From Candidatus Fermentibacteraceae bacterium (lineage in GTDB: Bacteria; Fermentibacterota; Fermentibacteria; Fermentibacterales; JCC-6), in the NCBI GenBank assembly GCA_041750285.1, contig JBGSZS010000007.1, positions 207,700-271,699 of the forward strand: a stretch of DNA of 64,000 bases, written 5' to 3'. Position 1 is the first letter of the stretch. Each line of letters opens with the position of its first letter. Below are positions 1-10,219 of this stretch, one piece after another. Below the pieces are notes generated by a model. It was not told the origin of the DNA. It worked only from the letters and a program-made list of their open reading frames with translations, and did no database searches. Position numbers and translations under genes: made by a program.

Positions 1-1
1 C

Positions 2-667
2 GGCACTGCCGTCCTGGTGATACCCATCGACAAGGAAGCGCCCAAGGGCAGGATAATCCTTCCACAGGTGCAGACCATCAGGGACCTCCTTGACCACGGA
101 TGCATGGCCCTGGTGACCCAGGACGACCAGCTCGTGAAGGCCCTTGGCAACCTCCGTGAAAAACCTTCGATCGTCGTAACGGACAGCCAGGCTTTTCAAA
201 GGGTTTCGGCCGACACGCCGGAAGACATCCCGCTCACTTCGTTTTCCATCCTGTTCGCGCGGTTCCAGGGTGACCTCTCCTCGATGGTGAAGGGGGCCAC
301 CGCGATCGACCGGCTCAAACCGGGAGACCGGGTCCTTGTGGCCGAGGCCTGCACCCATCATCCCATTGGCGACGACATCGGTACCGTGAAGATCCCGGAC
401 TGGCTGGGGCGGTACGTGGGGGGTGACCTCGAGTTCGCGTTTCAAAGGGGTTCCGATTTCCCCGCCGACCTCGGTTCGTTCCGTCTCGTGATCCATTGCG
501 GCGCATGCATGTTCAACCGAAGGACCATGCTGACAAGGATCCAGCGGGCGGAAGCGGCGGGAGTACCGATAACGAACTACGGGCTGACCATCGCCTACAG
601 CCTCGGGATCTTCGAACGGGCCCTCGGACCCTTCCCGGAAGCCCTGGCTGCCTACCGGAGCATGTGA
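2..667 (+). CDS. hydF: [FeFe]-hydrogenase H-cluster maturation GTPase HydF, C-terminal part (5' end lies outside the window)
   Basis: PIDKEAPKGRIILPQVQ, VTDSQAF, LTSFSILFAR, EACTHH, IHCGACMFN and PITNYG motifs; the frame is open from base 2. Confidence 0.95.
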   Translation, partial: GTAVLVIPIDKEAPKGRIILPQVQTIRDLLDHGCMALVTQDDQLVKALGNLREKPSIVVTDSQAFQRVSADTPEDIPLTSFSILFARFQGDLSSMVKGATAIDRLKPGDRVLVAEACTHHPIGDDIGTVKIPDWLGRYVGGDLEFAFQRGSDFPADLGSFRLVIHCGACMFNRRTMLTRIQRAEAAGVPITNYGLTIAYSLGIFERALGPFPEALAAYRSM

Positions 668-1743
668 TGAGCGATCCCACGCGTGAGCAGATCGTATCGA
701 TGCTGAAGCTCAGAGCCCCTGAGGAACTTGAAGAGCTGAGGCGCAGGGCCGAAGACCTGACCCTTTCGACCCTCGGTAACCGCGTGCACTACCGCGGTCT
801 GATCGAGTTCTCCAACATCTGTTCCCTCAACTGCCTCTACTGCGGGATCAGACGTGGGAACAGCGTCCGGAACAGGTACACCGCAACAATGGAACAGATA
901 ACCGAAGCCGCACGGTGGTGCGCCGGTGTCGGTTTCGGCTCGATCGTGCTGCAGTCCGGCGAGAGAACCGACCCGGCTTTCGTGGATTTCGTGGAGGAAG
1001 CCGTTTTGAAGATTAAAGGCGAAACGGTTTCCCCGAAGCTTCCGCAGGGGCTTGGGATAACCCTGTGCGTGGGTGAGCAATCCCGGGAGACACTGAAGCG
1101 GTTCAGAAAGGCCGGCGCCCACCGTTACCTCCTCCGGATCGAAACGACCAATCCGGGCCTTTTCAGCAGGATACATCCCGGCGAACAGACCCTGGAGAGC
1201 AGGCTGTCGTGCCTGAGGATACTTCGCGAGGAAGGTTTCGCCGTTGGCACGGGCGTCATGATCGGGCTTCCCTGGCAGACCACTGAAATGCTGGCCGATG
1301 ACCTTCTTTTCTACAGGGACAACGACTTCGACATGTTCGGAATGGGCCCCTTCATCCCCCATCACGGTACGCCCATGGGGAATGCGCCCGTCCTTCCCGA
1401 CGGCGAGCGAATGAGGCTGTCCCTTCTGATGATCGGGCTGACCCGGCTTCTCACCGTCACGACCAACATCGCAGCGACGACAGCGCTGCAGGCTCTCGAT
1501 CCAACGGGAAGGGAGAAGGGCCTCTCGTGGGGGGCCAATGTGCTGATGCCCTCGGTCACGCCGGGGGAATTCCGGAAGGAGTACCTTCTCTACGATGGGA
1601 AACCCTGTACCGACGAGAAGAAGGAAGACTGCCTGAACTGCCTGAGAATGCGTGTCGAGATGGCGGGACGGGTTGTGGCCGTTGACGACTGGGGAGATCC
1701 TGTTCACTATAAGGCAAGGGTTGACAACGAAGGGAGCCGGTGA
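667..1743 (+). CDS. hydE: [FeFe]-hydrogenase maturation radical SAM protein HydE
   Basis: RGLIEFSNIC-SLN-C-LY-C radical SAM motif, RYLLRIET, YxxY (EYLLY), C-terminal Cx7Cx2C; ATG overlaps the hydF stop (TGATG). Confidence 0.93.
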   Translation: MSDPTREQIVSMLKLRAPEELEELRRRAEDLTLSTLGNRVHYRGLIEFSNICSLNCLYCGIRRGNSVRNRYTATMEQITEAARWCAGVGFGSIVLQSGERTDPAFVDFVEEAVLKIKGETVSPKLPQGLGITLCVGEQSRETLKRFRKAGAHRYLLRIETTNPGLFSRIHPGEQTLESRLSCLRILREEGFAVGTGVMIGLPWQTTEMLADDLLFYRDNDFDMFGMGPFIPHHGTPMGNAPVLPDGERMRLSLLMIGLTRLLTVTTNIAATTALQALDPTGREKGLSWGANVLMPSVTPGEFRKEYLLYDGKPCTDEKKEDCLNCLRMRVEMAGRVVAVDDWGDPVHYKARVDNEGSR

Positions 1744-2243
1744 TGAGCGCGGAGGCAATCGAGGCCGTAAAGGGGGCCATCCTTCTCGAAAGACGGGGAT
1801 GGGCTTTTTACACAAAAGTAGCGGCAGCAACCAGATCCGAGGGTGTGAGGGAAGTCTTCTCATCCATGGCAGAGGAGGAGAAGCGTCACGAAGAAGCCCT
1901 TTCCATCCACTACTCCTCCCTGGTGCGGGATGGGTCTCTTGCGGCGGTTACCACGCTGGGACAGGCCTCTGACATCTCCGGTGAAGTCCTGACCCGCAAA
2001 GTGATTGCGGAGATAGATGCCGCGGGATTCGAGGCTGCGGCCATTTCAGCTGCGATGGCCATGGAGGCTTCTGCGGAAAGGTACTACAGGGAAAAGGCAA
2101 CCGAAGCCGGGACTGAGAGCGGGAAGGACCTCTTCAACTGGCTTGCCGACTGGGAGCACGGGCATCTCGAAACCCTGGCCGACATGGATAGAGCCCTGAT
2201 GGAGAGCATCTGGTTCGAGAACGGGTTCTGGCCGGAAATCTGA
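1743..2243 (+). CDS. Rubrerythrin/ferritin-like di-iron protein
   Basis: Two ExxH motifs (EEKRH, WEHGH), two E-x6-Y helices, C-terminal W..NGFWP; overlaps the hydE stop. Confidence 0.85.
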   Translation: MSAEAIEAVKGAILLERRGWAFYTKVAAATRSEGVREVFSSMAEEEKRHEEALSIHYSSLVRDGSLAAVTTLGQASDISGEVLTRKVIAEIDAAGFEAAAISAAMAMEASAERYYREKATEAGTESGKDLFNWLADWEHGHLETLADMDRALMESIWFENGFWPEI

Positions 2244-2269
2244 CAGATCCGAATCACGGAGGGGGCCAA

Positions 2270-3916
2270 ATGGTATCAAGGGGCGCACTGGCGGCAGTCC
2301 TGCTTCTATTTTCAGGAATTCTGCGGGCTGACGGCACTTTCACACTGAACATCCTCCATCTGAACGACACCCACTCCAACCTTTCGCCGGTATCCCTGCC
2401 CGTACTTCCCGACAGCGCGGGCGGGTTCGAGAGGATCGACGCCGGCGGCGCGGCGCTCATCGCGGCCGAGGTCAGACGAGTTAAGCACGGTGACGGAAAC
2501 GTGCTGTTTCTCCACGCGGGTGACCTTGTGCAGGGAACGCTTTTCTACACGGTTTACGGCGGCAGGGCCGATGCCGCGGTGTACAACGCCATGGGGCTCG
2601 ATGCCATGGCCCTGGGCAACCACGAGTTCGACCGCGGAAGCGAAGGACTGGCCCTGCTTCTTGACGAGGTGCTCTTTCCGGTTGTCTGTGCCAACGTTTC
2701 CCTGGCGGACGACACACTCCTCGCCGGGCGGGTGGCGCCCTTCACCGTTCTGGAGACGGGCGGGGAGAGGATAGGCGTCATCGGATTGATCACCGAAGAG
2801 CTGTCCAGCGTTTCGAGCCCCTCTGAGCACACCGTGACGCTTTCAGCCCTCGAATCCGGACGCGCTGCGGTCGGGGCTCTTTCACGCATGGGTATCGACA
2901 AGATAGTCGTGCTTTCCCACCTGGGTTATCCGCACGACATCCGGCTCGCGGAATCACTGCCGGGCGTCGATGTGATAGTGGGTGGCCACACCCACACGGT
3001 CCTGGGACGTTTCGAGCATCTCGGGCTTTCGTCAGGGGGCGATTATCCAACGCTGGCCTCCGGTCCCGACGGCGGGAACGTTCTCATCGTCACGGCCTGG
3101 CGATACGGATCCATGCTTGGAAACCTGACCGTCGATTTCGACGGGGATGGAAGGGTGGTATCCTGGAGCGGTTCACCGCTCATCCTGACAAGGGAGGAGA
3201 CGCACGGAACTCCCGGGCTGTGGCGCACCGACCCCGATCCCTTCGTGGGGGAAATCGTGGAAGGCTATGCCTCGGCACTCCAGGATTTCCAGAACGAGTT
3301 CATCGCCACTGCGGAAACCGACCTTCCCAACACAAGGGTTCCGGGGGGCGATCTTCCCCAGGGAAGCCTTATCGCTCCGATCGTGTGCGATGCCATGCTC
3401 TGGAAGGCGAACCGGCTGGGAGCGGGGGCGGACATTGCCGTGCAGAACGCGGGGGGCGTACGCATAGACGTTCCAAGGGGGGAGATAACGACAGGCACCG
3501 TCTACACGCTCCTGCCGTTCGGCAACACCATGGTGATTCTGGACGTCGGCGGACGCCAGGTCAAAGACCTTCTCGAGGAAGCCCTTTCGAGCATCTTCGA
3601 CATGGGCTTGTCCGACGGCACGTTCCCATACGTCGCCGGGATGAGGTATACAGCGTCTCGCGGCGCCCCTTGCGGCAGCCGTGTGACAGCCGTTGAGGTG
3701 GCTGTCCCGGGAGGCGGCTACGAGCCGCTCGATCCCGAAGCCACGTACCGCCTGGTGACCAACAGCTTCGTGGCGGGAGGGGGAGACGGGTACGGTTCCC
3801 TCTCGCTCATTCCGGGAACCGACACGGGTTTCATCGACGCCGAGATCCTGGCAGAGTACTTCCGCGAACTGGGAACGGTGAGCCGGGTGGAACAGCGTGT
3901 ATTCCTCGGTGATTGA
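2270..3916 (+). CDS. Secreted 5'-nucleotidase/metallophosphoesterase (UshA/NadN-like)
   Basis: Signal peptide, ILHLNDTHS, AGD, LGNHEFD, GGHTH, QNAGGVR, LPFGN, GGGDGY. Confidence 0.92.
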   Translation: MVSRGALAAVLLLFSGILRADGTFTLNILHLNDTHSNLSPVSLPVLPDSAGGFERIDAGGAALIAAEVRRVKHGDGNVLFLHAGDLVQGTLFYTVYGGRADAAVYNAMGLDAMALGNHEFDRGSEGLALLLDEVLFPVVCANVSLADDTLLAGRVAPFTVLETGGERIGVIGLITEELSSVSSPSEHTVTLSALESGRAAVGALSRMGIDKIVVLSHLGYPHDIRLAESLPGVDVIVGGHTHTVLGRFEHLGLSSGGDYPTLASGPDGGNVLIVTAWRYGSMLGNLTVDFDGDGRVVSWSGSPLILTREETHGTPGLWRTDPDPFVGEIVEGYASALQDFQNEFIATAETDLPNTRVPGGDLPQGSLIAPIVCDAMLWKANRLGAGADIAVQNAGGVRIDVPRGEITTGTVYTLLPFGNTMVILDVGGRQVKDLLEEALSSIFDMGLSDGTFPYVAGMRYTASRGAPCGSRVTAVEVAVPGGGYEPLDPEATYRLVTNSFVAGGGDGYGSLSLIPGTDTGFIDAEILAEYFRELGTVSRVEQRVFLGD

Positions 3917-3992
3917 TTCGGTTTTCGCTCACGGGCGGGGTTATATTCGCCTGTGATCGTCCGGTTACAGAACCTTGACAAGGAGGGTATCC

Positions 3993-4586
3993 ATGAACAA
4001 AAAAGTCCTTGCATTCCTGATCGCCGCGGCGGTCTCGGTCATGTCGGGGTGCGGCGATCAGCCGGCACCCGAGCCGGCGGCAGAAGCGCCGGAAGATGCT
4101 GAGCCCCAGGCCGTCGAACTCAGTGACACCATCGTGCTGCCCGACGGGTGGGAGATTTCCGACGCCATCAGTGCAGCCGAGGTCGAGGCCATTCTTGGCA
4201 GGACCGGTTACAGCTACTGGCACGAAACCCTCAGCGACCCGGCGGCGGGAAAACCCCAGGGAAGCTACTTCGACGGCAGTCTTGCCGCTTCCAAGATCAA
4301 CTTCCTCGTCTACACGTTCGACGGCCCCGCGAATTTCGACAGGGTAAGCGGTTACGTGAACGACAGCACCGAAGTCGAGGGCGACCTCTGGGACAGGGCC
4401 ATAATCGGCACGATGGGCGGCGCCATTGATGAGGTCAGCGTCGGAATGCTGATCCTTCGCGGAGACGTCTGCATTCGCATAAAGTGGGACGCAGCCGTTT
4501 ACGAAGGCTACGACAGGATCGAGCTCAGCGTGAAGCTTGCCGAACAGCTCATCAACAATCTCTACGGGGGTCCCAGGGATCTCTGA
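3993..4586 (+). CDS. Hypothetical lipoprotein
   Basis: AGGAGG SD; MNKK, hydrophobic core, lipobox VMSG-C; Pro/Ala/Glu-rich linker. Confidence 0.75.
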   Translation: MNKKVLAFLIAAAVSVMSGCGDQPAPEPAAEAPEDAEPQAVELSDTIVLPDGWEISDAISAAEVEAILGRTGYSYWHETLSDPAAGKPQGSYFDGSLAASKINFLVYTFDGPANFDRVSGYVNDSTEVEGDLWDRAIIGTMGGAIDEVSVGMLILRGDVCIRIKWDAAVYEGYDRIELSVKLAEQLINNLYGGPRDL

Positions 4587-4604
4587 TCGTTCCGGTTAGA
4601 CCCT

Positions 4605-4639
4605 GCGGTTCCGGGCACTGCCCGGAACCGCGCTGTTTT
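4605..4639 (+). terminator. GC-rich hairpin, probable intrinsic terminator or RNA-stabilising stem
   Basis: Perfect 13-bp inverted repeat GCGGTTCCGGGCA-C-TGCCCGGAACCGC (4605-4631) followed by GCTGTTTT. Confidence 0.5.
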
Positions 4640-4648
4640 GGGGGAAAA

Positions 4649-6148
4649 ATGCTGGAGACCATGGGTTTCGACAACGGAAAGTACCTGTCTGAGCAGACCG
4701 GAGCCATAGCTTCCCGTCTCGGGCAGTTCTCGGGCAGGCTTTACCTCGAGTTCGGCGGCAAGCTGATGTACGACCTTCACGCTTCGAGGGTCCTTCCCGG
4801 GTATGACCCCAATGTAAAGATCAGGCTTCTTCAGGAACTCAGGGACCAGGCCGAGATCATCCTGTGCATTTACGCGGGGGACATCGAGAAGCGAAAGATG
4901 AGGGGGGATTTCGGCATCAGTTATGATGCCGACGCAATGAGGCTCATAGACGACCTGAGGCGCCGTGACCTCACCGTGTGCGGAGTCGTGATAACCCGGT
5001 ACGCCGAGCAGCCTGCGGCTGACGTGTTCAGGAACCGCCTGGAGCGAAGCGGAGTGCGGGTCTACGCCCATCCCTTCACCAGGGGGTACCCAACCGACAC
5101 CGACCTCGTGGTCAGCCCCGAGGGTTACGGCAGGAACGATTACATACAGGCCACCAAACCCCTGGTGGTGGTGACGGGGCCCGGACCCGGCAGCGGAAAG
5201 CTGGCCACCTGCCTTTCCCAGCTCTACCATGACCACCGCCGGGGAGTGAACTCGGGGTACGCCAAGTTCGAGACCTTCCCCATCTTCAACCTTCCCCTGA
5301 AACACCCCGTGAACGCCGCCTACGAGGCTGCCACCGCAGAACTCGGCGACGTGAACATGATCGATCCCTATCATCTGGAAGCCTACGGGAAGCCCGTGGT
5401 GAACTACAACCGTGATGTCGAGGCTTTTCCGCTCCTGCGAAGGATACTCGAGAAGATTACAGGGTCCCGGTCCCCCTATTCCTCACCCACCGACATGGGC
5501 GTCAACAGGGCGGGGTTCGGGATAGTCTCCGACGAAGCCGTTAGGGAAGCATCGAAACAGGAGATGGTAAGAAGGTACTTCAGGTACCGCTGCGAGTTCG
5601 TCATGGGACTTGTGGAAGAGAAAACGCTTCAGAAGGTAGAGCTTCTGCTGAACGATCACGGAATATCTCCCGAGTACCGCTCGGTGGTCCTTCCGGCAAG
5701 GGCCGCCGCAGCCGATGACCCCTCAGGCGTTTCGAGAACCGGGGCGGCGATCGAACTCCGGGACGGATCGATCCTGACCGGGCGGAACTCGGATCTGATG
5801 ACGGCGGCAAGCGCCGTGGTCATAAACGCCATCAAGCGTCTCGCAGGGATTCCCGACCGGATACACCTTCTCACGCCCGAAACGATAGCATCGATAAGGA
5901 AGCTGAAGGAAACCCTTGGGGGGCCAAGGACCTGGCTCACCCTTGACGAGGTGCTCATCGCCCTGGGAATCAGCGCCACGAACAGTCCGGCAACCCTCGA
6001 GGCACTGGAGCGTCTTCCCCTGCTCGCGGGAGCCGAGGTACACATCACGCACATTCCCGTACCCGGGGACGAGGAAGGTTTCAGAAGGCTTGGTGTGAAC
6101 CTGACCACCGACGCGAGCTTCGATTCGTTGAACCTTTTCAACGGCTGA
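4649..6148 (+). CDS. DUF1846 (UPF0371) family protein
   Basis: GFDNGKY, LYLEFGGKL, PGPGSGKLATCLSQLYH, YAKFETFP, PTDMGVN. Confidence 0.92.
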   Translation: MLETMGFDNGKYLSEQTGAIASRLGQFSGRLYLEFGGKLMYDLHASRVLPGYDPNVKIRLLQELRDQAEIILCIYAGDIEKRKMRGDFGISYDADAMRLIDDLRRRDLTVCGVVITRYAEQPAADVFRNRLERSGVRVYAHPFTRGYPTDTDLVVSPEGYGRNDYIQATKPLVVVTGPGPGSGKLATCLSQLYHDHRRGVNSGYAKFETFPIFNLPLKHPVNAAYEAATAELGDVNMIDPYHLEAYGKPVVNYNRDVEAFPLLRRILEKITGSRSPYSSPTDMGVNRAGFGIVSDEAVREASKQEMVRRYFRYRCEFVMGLVEEKTLQKVELLLNDHGISPEYRSVVLPARAAAADDPSGVSRTGAAIELRDGSILTGRNSDLMTAASAVVINAIKRLAGIPDRIHLLTPETIASIRKLKETLGGPRTWLTLDEVLIALGISATNSPATLEALERLPLLAGAEVHITHIPVPGDEEGFRRLGVNLTTDASFDSLNLFNG

Positions 6149-7367
6149 GGCTGTGCCGGCCCCCCATGGCGAACGTCAGAAGCGGCGGGGTGACAACCGC
6201 CGTGATCACTATCATGACCATGGCCGCAGCCATGTCGCCGGAACCGATCATCCCGTTGAGAAGTGAGACGCTGGCAGCCACAAGGCCCACCTCCAGCCTC
6301 GGGATCATTCCTATCCCGACAATGCTGCTCTGTCTGAGCGTGAGCCTCGATGCCAGGGCCGGAACGAAGCACCCCACGAATTTCCCCGCCACGCACAGGG
6401 CAGTATAGACCAGGCTGAACACCAGCACGCTTCCCATGGCGCGTATGTCAACCATCATGCCGGTCATGCAGAAGAATACCGGAACAAGAAGTTCCTTGAC
6501 GGGCACGAGCTTTTCGGATATCCGATGCGCTGATCTGGTTCCCGACAACACAAGGCCCATTACATATGCGCCCACCACCAGTGCGAGACCGAAGAACTCA
6601 GCCAGGCCCGCCGCGAGCAGTCCGATGGCCAGGGCGAAGGCTGCCTGGGAAGAAGCGTCGCCAGCTTTCGTGATCAGCCACAGCAGCTGCTTCTGAAGCA
6701 ACAGCCCGAGGGCGAGCAGAACGGCGAAGAAACCGAATCCCTTCAGGAGTATCGTCAGAATGCCGCCCGCATCGCTTCCCCCGCCGGGAACACTGGTGAC
6801 CACGGCCAGGATGACAAGACCGATCACATCATCCATGACCGCAGCGGAGAGCGTGACGGAGCCTTCGGGAGTGTTGATCCTCTTCATGTCGAAGAAAACC
6901 CTCGCAGTCAGGGAAATCGAGGTTGCCGCTGCTATGGCTCCGAAAGCGAGCACCCTGTGGTCCGCCAGACCTTCGCCTCCTCCTGCGAGGATCACCGCAA
7001 GGCCTCCGCCGGCGAAACCCAGGACTGCTCCGCCCAACCCCACTGCGAAACCCTTGGGAGCGAAGCGAAGAAAACCCCTCAGATCGGTTTCGAGACCTGC
7101 CGTAAAAAGGAGCGTAACGATGCCGACAATTGTTATGCCGTGCAGCAGCCCCTCGTGGAATGCTCCGTCGGGACCGGTCGGAAACGCGGGCCCGAGGGAG
7201 AAGATCGTAAGGTTGCCGAGGGCGTAGGGACCGATGACAAGACCCACCAGCATCTCCCCTATCACGGCGGGTTGTCTGAGGAGTTTCTGGGTCACTCTTC
7301 CCGCGACTTTGGCGGCCAGGACTATCAGCGCGAACTGAAGCACGAACCTTGCGTCTGTGAATTCCAC
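6138..7367 (-). CDS. Cation:proton antiporter (CPA2, KefB/NapA-like)
   Basis: Polytopic hydrophobic protein with QPAVIGE, LFTAGLETD, ATSISLT, AAVMDDV, GMIPRLEV; GTG start at 7367 with GGAGAG SD. Confidence 0.9.
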   Translation of the reverse strand: MEFTDARFVLQFALIVLAAKVAGRVTQKLLRQPAVIGEMLVGLVIGPYALGNLTIFSLGPAFPTGPDGAFHEGLLHGITIVGIVTLLFTAGLETDLRGFLRFAPKGFAVGLGGAVLGFAGGGLAVILAGGGEGLADHRVLAFGAIAAATSISLTARVFFDMKRINTPEGSVTLSAAVMDDVIGLVILAVVTSVPGGGSDAGGILTILLKGFGFFAVLLALGLLLQKQLLWLITKAGDASSQAAFALAIGLLAAGLAEFFGLALVVGAYVMGLVLSGTRSAHRISEKLVPVKELLVPVFFCMTGMMVDIRAMGSVLVFSLVYTALCVAGKFVGCFVPALASRLTLRQSSIVGIGMIPRLEVGLVAASVSLLNGMIGSGDMAAAMVMIVITAVVTPPLLTFAMGGRHSLSR

Positions 7368-7504
7368 GGGTCTCTCCGATGGGTGTGAATGGAGCCGTAA
7401 AATAAGCAAATTCAAGGCGGATTGCGAACAGCCAGGCGCTTTTCACTGCGGCCTGGATTGTGCATTATCAGGCTGAAAAGCACGCGCAGGAAAGGAAGGC
7501 CCCC

Positions 7505-9382
7505 GTGAAAAAGCTTGGGGATATGCTTCTGGGAGAAAGCCCCTTCCAGGAGCTTGTGATGGGCAATACCGCCCTGGTAAGGGGCATGGTCGAGGCAGGG
7601 GTGAGGGTGGTCACATCCTACCCGGGCTCGCCGACACCCGAGATCGCTACGGCCATCGCCTCGATCGAAAAGGACAGACGGCCGTTCCACTTCGAGTTCT
7701 GCGTCAACGAGAAGGTGGCGGCGGAGGTCGCATACGGTGCCGCCGTAAACGGCCGGCCGTCGGTCGTCTTCTTCAAGAGCGTGGGGCTCAATGTCGCTTC
7801 GGACACCTTCGTTCAGCTCAACCACATGGACATCCCCGGAGGCATGGTGGTGATAGTCGGGGACGACCCCGGAGCACATTCGTCCCAGAACGAACAGGAC
7901 AACAGGCATTTTGCCAGGATGAGCTACACACCGCTGCTCGAACCGGCAACGCCATCCGAAGCCTACGCCTTCCTCCTCAAAGCGGTCTCAATGGCCGGAA
8001 TGCACCGCATGGCAGTCATGCTCAGACTGACCACCCATGTTTGCCACGCCAAGGAAATGGTTTCCTTCGGCGGCTGGTCGAACCCTCCCCGGGATGACAC
8101 ACCCCTTTTCGACGGGTCGGGAGGAAGCCACATTCCGATCGGAGCAATGGTGGCCCGGATGAAGAAGAGGGCCATTGAACGGCTGAAGGCTTCACACGAG
8201 CCGGGCCTCGACAGGATCGTCGATAACGGCAATCCGAAGAGGGGAGTCATCACCGCCGGGCTTCCCTTCCTGTCGGTTCAGGACGCCCTTGCAAAAGCGG
8301 ACAGGAAGCCGGACATCCTCAAGCTGGGGATGGTTCACCCGCTTTCTCGCGAAGGGATCTCCGATTTTCTTCGGGGCCACTCTGAAGTGCTCGTCCTGGA
8401 GGAACTGGATGACTTCATCGAGCAGTCGGTGAAAGCCGTGGCGCACGATGGCGGAATCTCCACGCGGGTTCTGGGAAAGGAATGCACCGAAGACTGGATA
8501 GGCGAGTTCACTCCCGGCAGGGTGCGTGAGATCCTCCACAGGCTCTGGCCCGATTCGGTCGATGCTCCCGTCTCCGTTTCCGGGAACCTGGCCGCTCCCG
8601 CAAGGTTTCCACAGATGTGCCCGGGCTGCGGCCACCGCAGCGCGTTCTTCGCCATCGGCAAGGCACTGCGGGAAAGCGACATCACCGTTGCCGACATCGG
8701 CTGTCACACGCTCGGTTTCCTGCCTCCCCATGAGATCGGGCGTCTCCTCATGTCAATGGGTGCATCCACAGGCATCGGGCAGGGTCTTTCCCTGTTCAAC
8801 TCCGAAAGGAGGGTTGTCGCCTTCCTTGGAGACTCCACATTCTTCCACGCGGGGATCCCCGGTGTGATAAACGCCCTCTTCAACAACCACAGGCTTACCC
8901 TGATCGTTATGGAGAACGGCACCACGGCCATGACCGGCCATCAGGAACACCCCGGGACCGGACGCAACTTCAACGACCCGACCGATAGGATCCCCATCCG
9001 CAGAGTTCTTGAAGGGCTGGGCATTCAGAACATCTCCGAGGTCGACACCTACGACCAGAAAGCGCTGACGCTGGCGGTCGGGAAGGCGCTTGACGCTCCC
9101 GGGCTGAGCGTGGTCATCGCAAAGCACCCGTGCATGCTCAAGTTCTCCCGCCAGCAGCGCAGGAAGCCCGGGTTTGTCCAGAGATACGTCGAGGTCTCCC
9201 AGGACTCGTGCACACTGGCCAGGGAATGCATCGACAGGTTCGGCTGCCCCTCCTTCAAGAGGGACGGCGAAACGGGCCGGGTCTCAACCAACACCGACCT
9301 CTGCATCGGCGATGGCTCATGCATTCAGACGTGCCCCTCCGAAGCCATAGGCGCAGTTGCGCCCGGGAAGGAGTCCCGATGA
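7505..9382 (+). CDS. iorA: Indolepyruvate:ferredoxin oxidoreductase, alpha subunit
   Basis: MGN..YPGSP, NEKVA, KSVGLNVASD, DDPG..SSQNEQD, CPGCGH, DIGC, GDSTFFHAG, AMTGHQ, C-terminal ferredoxin. Confidence 0.92.
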   Translation: MKKLGDMLLGESPFQELVMGNTALVRGMVEAGVRVVTSYPGSPTPEIATAIASIEKDRRPFHFEFCVNEKVAAEVAYGAAVNGRPSVVFFKSVGLNVASDTFVQLNHMDIPGGMVVIVGDDPGAHSSQNEQDNRHFARMSYTPLLEPATPSEAYAFLLKAVSMAGMHRMAVMLRLTTHVCHAKEMVSFGGWSNPPRDDTPLFDGSGGSHIPIGAMVARMKKRAIERLKASHEPGLDRIVDNGNPKRGVITAGLPFLSVQDALAKADRKPDILKLGMVHPLSREGISDFLRGHSEVLVLEELDDFIEQSVKAVAHDGGISTRVLGKECTEDWIGEFTPGRVREILHRLWPDSVDAPVSVSGNLAAPARFPQMCPGCGHRSAFFAIGKALRESDITVADIGCHTLGFLPPHEIGRLLMSMGASTGIGQGLSLFNSERRVVAFLGDSTFFHAGIPGVINALFNNHRLTLIVMENGTTAMTGHQEHPGTGRNFNDPTDRIPIRRVLEGLGIQNISEVDTYDQKALTLAVGKALDAPGLSVVIAKHPCMLKFSRQQRRKPGFVQRYVEVSQDSCTLARECIDRFGCPSFKRDGETGRVSTNTDLCIGDGSCIQTCPSEAIGAVAPGKESR

Positions 9383-9939
9383 ACATTCACATGACGGGAG
9401 TGGGCGGACAGGGTATCGGCCTTCTCAGTGAACTCCTTCTCAGGGCCCTTTCGAGGGCAGGCATGGAGGTCAGGGGAGTCGACACCCACGGTCTGGCACA
9501 ACGGGGAGGCGTGGTGAATTCCCAGATCAGGACGGGAAGCGGAGAGTTCTCCCCCCTGATTGCTCAGGGCGAGGCGGATCTTGTGCTTGCGCTCGAGCGC
9601 CACGAAGCCCTGAGGGCAGTGAGCGGATATCTCCGCGACGGCGGGGCTCTTGCGTACTACGATGCGGTCTGGCAGCCCTTCGAGGTCAGGAACGGCACGG
9701 TGCCGGGGGTCTCGACGGAAGCCCTGCATGAGGAGTGCAGGCGCCGGGGCATCCGGGTCGTCAGGGTGTTCCGCGATGACCTTCCCGATTCCCGGATGCA
9801 GAACACTGCCCTGCTGGGGGAAGTACTGCGCAGCGGACTTGTTCCGGGTCTCGCCGCGGAGCACGTCACCGGAGCCATGGAGGACCTGCTGCAGGGCGGG
9901 GCATTAAAGGCGAACCTGGGAATACTTGGTGTCCGGTAG
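9379..9939 (+). CDS. iorB: Indolepyruvate:ferredoxin oxidoreductase, beta subunit
   Basis: GVGGQG, HGLAQRGGVV, ALERHEALR; ATGA overlap with iorA. Confidence 0.9.
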   Translation: MNIHMTGVGGQGIGLLSELLLRALSRAGMEVRGVDTHGLAQRGGVVNSQIRTGSGEFSPLIAQGEADLVLALERHEALRAVSGYLRDGGALAYYDAVWQPFEVRNGTVPGVSTEALHEECRRRGIRVVRVFRDDLPDSRMQNTALLGEVLRSGLVPGLAAEHVTGAMEDLLQGGALKANLGILGVR

Positions 9940-9986
9940 CCATTGGTTATAATCCTGGTGTATCCTAACGGAAGGGAAGGTGCGGC

Positions 9987-10196
9987 ATGGCCGGGAAGAA
10001 GGCTTGTTTCGTCGATTACATAGCCCTGATCCTGCTTATCGTCGGCGGGATCAACTGGGGGCTCGTGGGTGCGATTCAGAAGGACCTCATCCAGGGCATT
10101 CTCAACCTCGATCTATCCATCGCGCGAAGCATCTATGTGCTCGTGGGCCTCGCCGGTCTCTGGGGTCTCTTTGCAACCCTCGGAAGGCTGAAGTAG
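9987..10196 (+). CDS. DUF378 small membrane protein
   Basis: IALILLIVGGINWGLVG ... IYVLVGLAG signature. Confidence 0.88.
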   Translation: MAGKKACFVDYIALILLIVGGINWGLVGAIQKDLIQGILNLDLSIARSIYVLVGLAGLWGLFATLGRLK

Positions 10197-10219
10197 TCCG
10201 TTATTTCTGAAGGAGCCCC

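Noticed and set aside
7430..7481. Inverted repeats between the antiporter gene and iorA
   Set aside because: They are short or imperfect and match no motif I can name.
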